Shown: in pieces, positions 39,729 through 48,590 of the stretch | Numbering within the stretch: position 1 is the stretch's first letter | Layout: the number at the start of each line of letters is the position of its first letter | Assembly (NCBI GenBank): GCA_000270325.1 | Contig: BA000048.1 | Coordinates: forward strand, 1,605,481 to 1,669,480 | DNA length: 64,000 bases | Source: Candidatus Caldarchaeum subterraneum | Lineage (GTDB): Archaea; Thermoproteota; Nitrososphaeria_A; Caldarchaeales; Caldarchaeaceae | Reading direction: 5' to 3' | Program-made: the position numbers and the translations under genes | The notes under the pieces: model-generated | The model's input: only the letters and a program-made list of their open reading frames with translations | Told to the model about the DNA's origin: nothing | The model's database searches: none

Positions 39729-40748
39729 ATGACTCTGACGGAGCTGTTTGGCAGGGACCTGATTTCTTCACAGGATTGGAGTATTGAGGAGATCGATGCG
39801 GCGATGGATTTGGCGCGGAGCTTGAAGATTGCCAGGGCCTCTGGAAATGTTCCCGAGCTTTTCAAGAACAGGACCATGTTCATGCTCTTCTACAACACCA
39901 GCACAAGGACGAGGGCGAGTTTTGAAGCAGCCGCGACCATGTTGGGAGGACACGCCCAGTTCATCGACTTCGCCACCACACGCGGGGCAGAGGGAGAGTC
40001 GGTCAAGGACATAGCCAAGATGTATGAGAGGCTGGGCCATGTCCTCGGCGTCCGGATACTCGAGTCAGCTGTGGACTATGTCTATGGGAGAGGGAACGCT
40101 GTCGTTAGAGAGTATGCGGAGCACGCGAAAATTCCCGTCATCAACATGGCTGATGACATGTTTCACCCTAGCCAAGCCATCACAGACCTCTACACGTTGC
40201 GGGAGAAGCTTGGACGGGTTGAGAAGAAAAAATATGTCTTGATGTGGGCTTATAGCGACAAGGTTCGCAGCTGGGGAAGCATACAGGATGAGATGCTGAT
40301 AGCCACCCGATATGGCATGGATGTTGTCCTCGCTTATCCTCCTGGCTTCGACATAGACGAGAACCTTGTGAAGCTTGCGAAAAAGAACGCTGAGGAGAGC
40401 GGCGGCACGCTGACCATCAGCCACAATTACAAAGAGGCGCTGGAGAACGCGGATGCTGTTTTTCCGAGAAGCTGGGCAAGCCACGAATGTGTAATCACAG
40501 GCATGAATAGGTTCGGCCGGGAAAGAGAAATCGAGTTGCACAACAAATACAGGGATTGGAAGCTTACACGTGAGTTGACAGACCTCATGTCGCGGCATGG
40601 TATAGTGACGCATGTGCTCCCCGTGTTCCGTGGACAGGAGGCTGATGACGATGTCATGGACGGGCCGCGAAGCGTGATCTACGACCAGGCCGAGAACCTA
40701 CTCTATGTAAGAGCGGCTATACTGTCGCTAGTGGCTGGAAAAATTTAG
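39729..40748 (+). CDS. YgeW-type transcarbamylase-family protein (not OTC/ATC; substrate unknown)
   Basis: STRTR carbamoyl-P motif, HPSQ; lacks OTC DxxxSMG and HCLP (has RSWASHE, HVLPV); WAYS...GMDVVLAYPPGFDI resembles YgeW as recalled. Confidence 0.75.
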   Translation: MTLTELFGRDLISSQDWSIEEIDAAMDLARSLKIARASGNVPELFKNRTMFMLFYNTSTRTRASFEAAATMLGGHAQFIDFATTRGAEGESVKDIAKMYERLGHVLGVRILESAVDYVYGRGNAVVREYAEHAKIPVINMADDMFHPSQAITDLYTLREKLGRVEKKKYVLMWAYSDKVRSWGSIQDEMLIATRYGMDVVLAYPPGFDIDENLVKLAKKNAEESGGTLTISHNYKEALENADAVFPRSWASHECVITGMNRFGREREIELHNKYRDWKLTRELTDLMSRHGIVTHVLPVFRGQEADDDVMDGPRSVIYDQAENLLYVRAAILSLVAGKI

Positions 40749-41701
40749 GGAATAAAGTGGGTTCCCGCCGAGCCTTTTAAAGCTTCCTTAAATTGAGAAA
40801 GCTCGGCGATCACTGCCTCTTTGCCGCCTGCCTCGATGAACCTAATGCAAGCCAACACCTTGGGAAGCATCGAGCCTGAGCCGAAATGTCCCTGCTCGAG
40901 GTAGCGTCTCGCCTCAGCCGCTGACACTTTCTCCAGCTTCTTCTGGTCGGGTTTTCCAAAGTTTAGGTAGGCTCCGTCGACATCCGTCAGAATGATGAAA
41001 CGGTCCGCCCCGATTAATTCGGCTAGCCTCTCGCCGGCGAGGTCTTTGTCGATTACAGCCTCCACTCCATATGCTTTGCCGTTTTCTTCAACTATCGGTA
41101 TTCCGCCTCCGCCGCTTGCCACAACTATGAACCCTTCGTCAACCAGCTTCCTTATAGCATGTCTCTCGGCGATGATTTTTGGGTCGGGTGACGGCACCAC
41201 CCTTCTCCAGCCTCCGCGGGCCTTGTCCTCCACGAAAACGTACTCGGGATGCTCCGCCTTGATCTTCTCCATCTCCTCTTTTTTGTAGAATGGGCCGATG
41301 GGTTTGGTCGGGTTGCTGAACGCTGGGTCGTTTTTGTCGACGATCACCCGTGTCACGACGGTTATTACGTATTTGTCGATGCCGCGTCGCTTGAGCTCGT
41401 TGCGGAGGTTTTGCTGGATGATGTAGCCTATGAAGCCCTGTGTCTCGGCTCCGCAGGCATCCATGGGGAATGCCGGGATGTTGTGTAGCTTCTGGCCAGC
41501 GTCATGACGTAGTAGTGTTGCACCGACCTGTGGGCCGTTGCCATGGGTGATGACAAGCCGGTGACCAGCTTCAACGATGTCGGCGAGATACTTAGCCGCC
41601 TCACCCACGTTCTTATACTGCTCCTCGAAAGACCCCTTGTCACCTCTTCTCAAAAGCGCGTTGCCTCCAAGAGCCACAACGATGAGCTCGCTTCTATCCA
41701 T
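40745..41701 (-). CDS. arcC: carbamate kinase
   Basis: N-terminal VVALGGNAL...ITHGNGPQVG; full-length 318 aa. Confidence 0.9.
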   Translation of the reverse strand: MDRSELIVVALGGNALLRRGDKGSFEEQYKNVGEAAKYLADIVEAGHRLVITHGNGPQVGATLLRHDAGQKLHNIPAFPMDACGAETQGFIGYIIQQNLRNELKRRGIDKYVITVVTRVIVDKNDPAFSNPTKPIGPFYKKEEMEKIKAEHPEYVFVEDKARGGWRRVVPSPDPKIIAERHAIRKLVDEGFIVVASGGGGIPIVEENGKAYGVEAVIDKDLAGERLAELIGADRFIILTDVDGAYLNFGKPDQKKLEKVSAAEARRYLEQGHFGSGSMLPKVLACIRFIEAGGKEAVIAELSQFKEALKGSAGTHFIP

Positions 41702-41718
41702 GTCGGCATCACTTTTTT

Positions 41719-42963
41719 CTATGATAAATACTTCATCAGCTCACTCAGAGAGGGGCGTATGAGCGGAAGCTCGGCTGTGGAGGCAACTTTCTCCGGTTCT
41801 TTCAGCCCCGAGGCGGTCACCAGAACAACCACCGTGTCCGAGGCTTCTACAACTCCTTGTTCAAGGAGTTTCTGGACAGCGGCCACCCCCACGGCGCCTG
41901 ATGGCTCGGCAAAAACCCCTTCAAGACGGGCCAGCTTCTTTACAGCCTCTCTAATTTCATCCTCTTCAACTGCGACAGCCGTTCCACCGGTTGTTCTCAC
42001 ACCCTCCATCGCCGCGTCACCGTCCCATGGATAGGGGTCGAGAAGACCTGATGCTATGGATTTGGGCCACTTTTCCGGCTCGACCTCCTCGAATCTTTTG
42101 CCTTGAAGAATTGCTCTGACGAGAGGCATGTTTCCGCTGGGCTGGACCGGCACCAACTTGGGATAGCTCTCGATTAACCCGAGTAGACGCAGTTCTTTCA
42201 ACGCTTTCCATATTCCTGTGGCGAGGCAGCCCGAGCCCGTTGGGATGAAGACAAAGTCGGGAACACCCCAGCCCATCTGCTCAACCATCTCATATACGAT
42301 GGTTTTGGGCCCCTCGACTTGGTACGGGTTGAAGGGGCCGAAGCTTGGGCAGGGGTACCAGCCCAGCTCTTTGACAGTCTGCATCATAAGGTCAACCGTT
42401 GGGTCACGTCCCTCTTCGACCTGCTTGACGCGTAGAACCCTCGCACCATAGAGCAAAAGCTGCGAGGCCTTCCCCATCGCAACGTCCTCTGGAACAAAAG
42501 CCGTGCACCGTAGACCAAGAGAGGCGCTGTAAGCGGCCAGAGAAGATGCAGCGTTACCGCTCGAGGCTATGACCACATCCCTTCTACCCATTTCAACAGC
42601 CTTCGCGGCGCCCACAGCCATCGCACGGTCCTTGAACGACGCCGTCGGGTTACGCGTCTCATCCTTGAGAAAAAGCCTCTTGACACCGAGTTCTCCGCCG
42701 AGTCGCTGAGCATGGAGCAAAGGCGTGTTACCTTCACTTAGTGGAGAAGCGTAACGCTGGTCAACGGGGATAAGCTCCCAGTAACGCCAAACCCCTCTTG
42801 GAGCACGCTTCTCAATCGAGGCCTTGGAAAAAGACTCGGCTACCCGGTCATAGTCGTAAACTATGTCCAAGCGGCCGTTGTCGTTTTTTCTGCAGAGGAT
42901 TGGGTTGCTCGACGGATGGTATTCTGTCCCGCATCGTGAACAAACCATTTTTTCGACAAACAA
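41719..42963 (-). CDS. threonine-synthase-like fold-type-II PLP enzyme with N-terminal zinc ribbon
   Basis: SFKDRAMA lysine motif; N-terminal CSRCG...C; 414 aa. Confidence 0.7.
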   Translation of the reverse strand: MFVEKMVCSRCGTEYHPSSNPILCRKNDNGRLDIVYDYDRVAESFSKASIEKRAPRGVWRYWELIPVDQRYASPLSEGNTPLLHAQRLGGELGVKRLFLKDETRNPTASFKDRAMAVGAAKAVEMGRRDVVIASSGNAASSLAAYSASLGLRCTAFVPEDVAMGKASQLLLYGARVLRVKQVEEGRDPTVDLMMQTVKELGWYPCPSFGPFNPYQVEGPKTIVYEMVEQMGWGVPDFVFIPTGSGCLATGIWKALKELRLLGLIESYPKLVPVQPSGNMPLVRAILQGKRFEEVEPEKWPKSIASGLLDPYPWDGDAAMEGVRTTGGTAVAVEEDEIREAVKKLARLEGVFAEPSGAVGVAAVQKLLEQGVVEASDTVVVLVTASGLKEPEKVASTAELPLIRPSLSELMKYLS

Positions 42964-42967
42964 GCGG

Positions 42968-43399
42968 CTACACCCTGTTAATGCTGAATCTGCAGACGCC
43001 TCCGCCCGCTGCTCTGCAAAGCTCCTCCTGAACAGTTACACCCCTGCCGTAGACCGACTCAGCTATACCGGCTATAATCCCCGAGAGGAAACTACACGCA
43101 GGCGTTTTCTCATGCTCCAGACCCTCGCAGAAAACACAATTCTCGAAAACCACCACCATTTTCCCGACTGTCTCGAAGTTGTCGCTGACGGTTATCTTTC
43201 CCCAGCCTGACCTCTGCGCAGCCTTTGCCAGAAGCTCAACAGCCTCCCCCGATGTCTTCGCCATACTCTTTGTCCTCCTCCCCAACGCAAAACCATACTT
43301 GTTGCCCATGTGCCACAGCAAAGTGTCAACAGCGGGCCTCGACATAGACTCTGAGAGAAGAACCCGCATCTCGGCGAAAAGCCTCCCAGACAGCACCAA
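42968..43399 (-). CDS. V4R (4-vinyl reductase) domain protein
   Basis: V4R cysteine pattern C.FC.G...C. Confidence 0.65.
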   Translation of the reverse strand: MVLSGRLFAEMRVLLSESMSRPAVDTLLWHMGNKYGFALGRRTKSMAKTSGEAVELLAKAAQRSGWGKITVSDNFETVGKMVVVFENCVFCEGLEHEKTPACSFLSGIIAGIAESVYGRGVTVQEELCRAAGGGVCRFSINRV

Positions 43400-43472
43400 T
43401 ACTCTGCCGCCGAGTAAAGGGTCTTTGACAATTCCATGCGTGTCGTCGTATTCGAACCCCGCTATATCCCTA

Positions 43473-44501
43473 TCACCTAATTATCTCAAGCCTCTGTAAA
43501 TGCTTCTCCCTGACGGTTTTCGTGTATTCGTCTAGGGGATGCTCACGCTCGGGGACGGTGGTTTTCTTACCCTCGCCATACAGCTCCGTTGAGAGATATC
43601 TGTTACCTGAGTCGCATATCAGTGTCACTATTTTTCGTAGGTTTGGATGCTTTTTGGCGACTTTGACCGCGGCGGCGACGTTGCATCCAGAGGATATCCC
43701 GCCAAATATTCCTTCGAGGCGTGCTAGCTGTCTAGCCATCGCGATTGACTCGTCGGAGGTTGTTGTCACTACTCCGTCGCATACGCCGAGGTCTAGGTTG
43801 CGGGGTATGAAGCCGTCGCCTATGCCCTCGATTTTGTGTGAACCCCATCTGCCTTCGCTTATGATGGGTGCTTCGCTGGGCTCGACTGTGTATATCTTCA
43901 CACTCGGGTTCTTCTCTTTGAGAAATTTTCCTACTCCGCTGACTGTTCCTCCTGAGCCCTGCGACATCACGAAAGCATCCACTTTGCCTTTTGTCTGCTC
44001 CCATATCTCGGGCCCCGTGGTTTTGATGTGGGCTTGGATGTTGTCGGGGTTGGTGAACTGGTTGGGGAACCAGTATTTGCCCGGGTTTTGCCTCATCATT
44101 TCCTCGGCTTTTCTGAGGCTGAGGTCGACATCAGACTCTGCGCCCGGTGTGAAGACGAGGTTGCCGCCGAAAGCTTTTATCAGCTGTTTACGTTCCTCGC
44201 TCATTCCCTCGGGCATAACTATGGTGACCCTGTAGCCGAGATGTGTTCCGACAAAGGTGCATGCTATACCTGCGTTGCCCGTCGAGACCTCGAGAATCTC
44301 CATCCCCGGTCTGAGGTCACCCCTCTCAATGGCCTTCGTTATCATCTCGCGGTATATGCGGTCTTTTAGGCTGCCCGAGGGGTTGTAGAACTCGAGCTTA
44401 GCCCATATCTCCGCCTCTACTCCATGTTGTTTCTCAATATGTCGTAGTCTGAGAAGGGGTGTGTTGCCTATGAGGTCGAGAATGTCTTCACCTGTTCTCA
44501 T
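43473..44501 (-). CDS. cysK: cysteine synthase / O-phosphoserine sulfhydrylase family (fold-type-II PLP)
   Basis: GNTPL, SxKDR, TSGNAG-like motifs. Confidence 0.85.
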   Translation of the reverse strand: MRTGEDILDLIGNTPLLRLRHIEKQHGVEAEIWAKLEFYNPSGSLKDRIYREMITKAIERGDLRPGMEILEVSTGNAGIACTFVGTHLGYRVTIVMPEGMSEERKQLIKAFGGNLVFTPGAESDVDLSLRKAEEMMRQNPGKYWFPNQFTNPDNIQAHIKTTGPEIWEQTKGKVDAFVMSQGSGGTVSGVGKFLKEKNPSVKIYTVEPSEAPIISEGRWGSHKIEGIGDGFIPRNLDLGVCDGVVTTTSDESIAMARQLARLEGIFGGISSGCNVAAAVKVAKKHPNLRKIVTLICDSGNRYLSTELYGEGKKTTVPEREHPLDEYTKTVREKHLQRLEIIR

Positions 44502-45574
44502 CTTCTTCCCATCGTCATAGACATGACTGCTTTCTGCACGTGCAGCCTGTTCTCAGCCTGTTGGAAGTAGAGCGAGTAGCGTGGGCTGTCTATAACCTCG
44601 TCGACAACCTCCTGGCCTCTGTCGGCTGGGCCGCAGTGCATGTATTTGCCTCTGTTGGTCAAATCCATCAACTCGGGAGTGGTTATCCAGTTTTTGAACT
44701 GGTCCTGATACTTCATAGCTCCTTCCTTGTCAACGGTTGAGTTGTATGGTGGGAAGAATTTCTTCGGAGACCATGCTTTTGGATAGACAAAGTCCGCTCC
44801 TTCGAAGGCTTCTTTCATGTCGTTTGTGATGGTGAAGGAGCCGCCGTACTGCTCCACGTTTTTCTTGCACGCTTCTATGACGTGGTCCTCGAGCTCGAAG
44901 CCGGGTGGATGAGCTAGGACAACATCCATGGCGAATTGTGTGCCTATGAGTATGCAGCTTTGGGGGACGGCGAGGGGCTTCAAGCCTCCTGAGTAGGCGT
45001 AGGAGACGACGAATTTTTTGCCGCGGGGCTTGGGTGCAACATCCTGTATAGCCATCATGTCTGCGAGGGCTTGGAACGGGTGGTAAATGTCGTCCTCCAT
45101 GTTGAGGACAGGAATAGTCGCCCATTTTGCGAACTCTTGAATGACCCTGTGGCCTCTGCCGATGTGCCACTTCGCCGCGTCACCATAAATCCTGACAGCT
45201 ATTGCGTCGCCATATGTGCTGAGAACACGTGCCACGTCTGCAATGGATTCTGTCTGATAGGGTATCATGTCCTCGGGAAGTGTTGGTGTATAGACGTCCG
45301 AGGGGCTGAGGAAATGTGCGTGACCACCTAGCTGATATATTCCGGCTTCGAAGCTGTTGCGGGTGCGTAGTGAGCGGTTGTAGAAGAGCATGAAAAGCGT
45401 CTGTCCTTTGAGATACTCTGTGGGTTTGCGTGCACGGAATTTTTCCCGCAGGTCTCGTGCAGCCTTGAGAATGTTGTTTATCTGCTCTTGGCTGTAGTCG
45501 TTTGTGTTTAGGAAATCTTTTCCACGAAGGGCTCCTATGTAGGATGGTTTTCCTGCTTTAGTTTTCTTAGCCAT
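44498..45574 (-). CDS. YgeW-type transcarbamylase-family protein (paralog 2)
   Basis: SLRTR motif, HPFQ, ...VYPKAWSP..., MHCGPAD...; lacks OTC/ATC specificity motifs; resembles E. coli YgeW as recalled. Confidence 0.75.
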   Translation of the reverse strand: MAKKTKAGKPSYIGALRGKDFLNTNDYSQEQINNILKAARDLREKFRARKPTEYLKGQTLFMLFYNRSLRTRNSFEAGIYQLGGHAHFLSPSDVYTPTLPEDMIPYQTESIADVARVLSTYGDAIAVRIYGDAAKWHIGRGHRVIQEFAKWATIPVLNMEDDIYHPFQALADMMAIQDVAPKPRGKKFVVSYAYSGGLKPLAVPQSCILIGTQFAMDVVLAHPPGFELEDHVIEACKKNVEQYGGSFTITNDMKEAFEGADFVYPKAWSPKKFFPPYNSTVDKEGAMKYQDQFKNWITTPELMDLTNRGKYMHCGPADRGQEVVDEVIDSPRYSLYFQQAENRLHVQKAVMSMTMGRR

Positions 45575-45599
45575 AGAAAAAGTCTACATCTGATATGAT

Positions 45600-46934
45600 T
45601 TATAGATTTATCAGGAATGAGATGAGGGCCCAGAGGAAGAATCCTGCGGCGTGTAGCAGTCCTGTGAAGGTTGCGACATTGATGTTGGACGCGAGGGCTG
45701 GAATCATTAGATATGGGTTGCCGTATGTTTGGGCAACGTTTCTAACTGTTGAGATGGCTTTGGGGATTGTGGCGAGTGCTATCAGTGTCGTCGGCGGAGC
45801 CAGTCTTAGAACCACAGCGGCAACTATTACGGCGTAGGTGGCTGCGAGAGATAGCTTGTATCCTTTGAGAACGTTTTCTTTGGAGAGACGTGTTACCAGT
45901 GTATGTTTGCCTGCTGCTTTGTCGTAGGGTGCGTCGGGTATCTCGTTGACGTAGAGAATGAGCATGATGAGTATGCCTATGGGTATCGAGGCAAGGAGGG
46001 CCTCGGGCGAGAAAAACTGTGTCTGGACGTAGTGGCTTCCGAGAACGATGATTGGGCCGAAGCCTATCCCAACAGCTACCTCGCCCAACCCTCTGTAGGC
46101 AAGCTTGAGAGGCGGAGCTGTGTAGAAGATGCTTATCAAAACACCTGTTGTCATTACCGCCAGTATCGGGATGAGGCCCCTGAGAAAAGCGAGGTAGAGG
46201 CCTATTGCTATGCCGACGCCGTAGAAGAGCACGATTAGCGTTAGTAGTTGCTTGGGTGTCATTAGGCCGTAGTGTAGTATTCGGGAGCCTCCGCTGAAGG
46301 GTGTTGGCGTGATGTTGGCGGGGTCTGCTCCTAGCTTTGTGTCGTAGTAGTCGTTGGCCATGTTGAGGGCGAGGTGTATCAGGCTGGCGCCTATCAGGGT
46401 TAAGATGAAAAGCAGCGGGTCGAAGTAGCCGAGGTAGGCGGCTGTGCCTACTCCTATGAGGACGGGCGCGGCTGTGGCTGTGAGGAATGGGAACCGTGTT
46501 GCTCTGAAGAGAAGCTGGAGTGTTGGAAGCCGCGGTTTAACCTGCCTGCCCACAGCCTCGCTCAACCGTCTCACATAGCTTTTAGCCTGCGGAACTCTTT
46601 CCTCACAGTACTGGAAGAAGGGTTTGGTTTTCTCGTCCCAGCCATACTGCTTGTATGGTTTGAAGATAATGGTGTTGCCCTCTGTGACGGCTTCGCCCTT
46701 CATCATCAAGTATCTTCTGTCGGTGTATCCGCCTGTGGGCAGGGGTGTTATGTGGTTCAGGAGGACGGTTATTTTCTTGGGTGGGCTGAGGTATGGCGGT
46801 TTTTCGAGGACGAGTTTGCCTTCGCTGTATCTCATGGTTGTGGAGAAGCTCATCGGGTAGCCGTCCTGGTCAAGGTATGAGACAACCACGTCGCTGTATT
46901 TCTCTATCTCGACCGCGATGCTCATGCTCTCCAC
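45600..46934 (-). CDS. UbiA-superfamily prenyltransferase with N-terminal PNPOx-like (FMN-binding split-barrel) domain
   Basis: N-terminal ~150 aa PNPOx-like; C-terminal 8-9 TM with NDYYDTKLGAD aspartate-rich motif. Confidence 0.7.
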   Translation of the reverse strand: MESMSIAVEIEKYSDVVVSYLDQDGYPMSFSTTMRYSEGKLVLEKPPYLSPPKKITVLLNHITPLPTGGYTDRRYLMMKGEAVTEGNTIIFKPYKQYGWDEKTKPFFQYCEERVPQAKSYVRRLSEAVGRQVKPRLPTLQLLFRATRFPFLTATAAPVLIGVGTAAYLGYFDPLLFILTLIGASLIHLALNMANDYYDTKLGADPANITPTPFSGGSRILHYGLMTPKQLLTLIVLFYGVGIAIGLYLAFLRGLIPILAVMTTGVLISIFYTAPPLKLAYRGLGEVAVGIGFGPIIVLGSHYVQTQFFSPEALLASIPIGILIMLILYVNEIPDAPYDKAAGKHTLVTRLSKENVLKGYKLSLAATYAVIVAAVVLRLAPPTTLIALATIPKAISTVRNVAQTYGNPYLMIPALASNINVATFTGLLHAAGFFLWALISFLINL

Positions 46935-47395
46935 CTCAGCGGCTCCCTTGACAAATCACCATCGGGCCACAGTAGCAATTCTCTCGGCTCAATCTCTATC
47001 ACTGCTCTTTCCCAGAAAAGTGGGAGAGCAACCCTCTGCTTGATGAAGGCCTCTATGTATGGCTCCTTCGCCCGCCACAGCTCGACGAGCCACTCCCAGC
47101 CGCTGTGAAGGTTTTCCTCGTAGATTTTCGCGTCGCCTTTTACATGCAGTAGAGAATATCGCGGCGTTTTGATGAATGGTCGGCCGCTGAAAAGCACACC
47201 GACCTTTGGGTTCTGTTTGATGTAGTTGATTTTCTTGCTGAATAGTATGCTGGATGTCATGTAGAGTTTTTTGCGTTCGCGGCTATAGAGAGGAAGCATG
47301 GGGTTTGTCAAGACCTCTCCAGAGGGAGTTATGACGCTTAAGGAGGAGACCAAGGCGTTCTCCATTATCTCCTCGGCTTCCTCGAAAATGTTCAT
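46922..47395 (-). CDS. pyridoxamine 5'-phosphate oxidase-like FMN-binding split-barrel protein
   Basis: PNPOx-like pattern; 13-nt overlap with downstream UbiA-fusion gene. Confidence 0.65.
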   Translation of the reverse strand: MNIFEEAEEIMENALVSSLSVITPSGEVLTNPMLPLYSRERKKLYMTSSILFSKKINYIKQNPKVGVLFSGRPFIKTPRYSLLHVKGDAKIYEENLHSGWEWLVELWRAKEPYIEAFIKQRVALPLFWERAVIEIEPRELLLWPDGDLSREPLRWRA

Positions 47396-47446
47396 GTATG
47401 GTTTATGTTGTTGTTTTTATTTAACTATTTCACCACTACAGAGTGG

Positions 47447-48589
47447 TTAAAATCTCATCCGCCAAACACACAAAACAGCCAACAAACTAACAAAGACCAT
47501 CATCATCCATCCCGCGAAATACCCCCAGCCCTCCGCCACAGCCGAAAACACGTAGGGAATAGCCGATGCCGCGAGAAGATGCACCATGTTAACGGTCGCC
47601 ACGGTCACAGCGATTTCCGACTGATTAACAACCATCATAGGCGTGACGTAGTAGAGGTTGTTTGACGCTGTGTAGAAGAGGCCTGTCATGAAAACAATCG
47701 GCATGATGGCTTGGACGGGGCTGAGAGAGAAGGCTGCGAGGGAGACTGAGTTGAGGAGGTTGAGAAGGTAGAGAAGGCGTTTGCGGTCACGGGCCCTGTC
47801 ATACAGCCTGCCAGACAGAGGCGCGCCCACGACACTGCCCAGCGACAAAACAGACACCATAGCCCCAGCGATGCCGACGTCGAGTTTAGCCTCGCTGGTT
47901 AGGTAAAGGATGCCGAATTGTGTCAACGGATACCACGCCGCACCCGCGAACCCTAGCCCGAGAGCAGAGTATAGAACAAGCCTGTTCCCTATAGTTGAGA
48001 CATGCAGTCCACGCGGGTCAACCGGGTCCTCCACCCACCTCGACACCCAGTAAGTGACGAAAGCCAGCAACAGGCCAGCCACCCCGGGAACAAGTAAACC
48101 CAACCTCCAACCATACAAGCTCATGACCGTGGGCCACACACCCAGCGTCACAAGCGTACCCGTGTGAAAACCCGCGTTATACACGCCGACAGCCGTTCCC
48201 CTCTCCTTGGCGGTAAACAACGGGGCGAAGAAGGTGATGCCTGGCCCGAAGAAGAAACTAAGAAACACTCCAGTCAGGAAACGGAGAACCAGAAGATACT
48301 CGAACGCTGGAGCTAGACCACACAACCCTGCGAAAAACGAGGAGAAGAACAGGCCGAGCAACGCTATCTTTTTCGCCCCAAACCGTGCCGCCAAAATCGC
48401 CGCGGGCAGCTGGAAGAGAGCTACACCGAGTAGAAAAACTGCTCCAAGTATTCCAAGCGCGCTTAAGCCTATGTTGAACTCTGTTGCGAGAAAGGGCTGT
48501 GCCGGAGAGATTGCGAGCCAGTTAAGGGTGTAGACTATTCGGTCGACAAACAACCATGAAAGAAGCAGCCATCTCCGGTCGCGTGGCAA
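47447..48589 (-). CDS. MFS transporter
   Basis: 12 predicted TM, MFS loop motif (…LYDRARDRKRLL…). Confidence 0.8.
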   Translation of the reverse strand: MPRDRRWLLLSWLFVDRIVYTLNWLAISPAQPFLATEFNIGLSALGILGAVFLLGVALFQLPAAILAARFGAKKIALLGLFFSSFFAGLCGLAPAFEYLLVLRFLTGVFLSFFFGPGITFFAPLFTAKERGTAVGVYNAGFHTGTLVTLGVWPTVMSLYGWRLGLLVPGVAGLLLAFVTYWVSRWVEDPVDPRGLHVSTIGNRLVLYSALGLGFAGAAWYPLTQFGILYLTSEAKLDVGIAGAMVSVLSLGSVVGAPLSGRLYDRARDRKRLLYLLNLLNSVSLAAFSLSPVQAIMPIVFMTGLFYTASNNLYYVTPMMVVNQSEIAVTVATVNMVHLLAASAIPYVFSAVAEGWGYFAGWMMMVFVSLLAVLCVWRMRF

Positions 48590-48590
48590 A

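Noticed and set aside
39729-40748. Calling the first transcarbamylase an ornithine carbamoyltransferase (arcB) forming an arcB-arcC pair
   Set aside because: It lacks the ornithine-binding DxxxSMG and HCLP motifs, and no arginine deiminase is nearby
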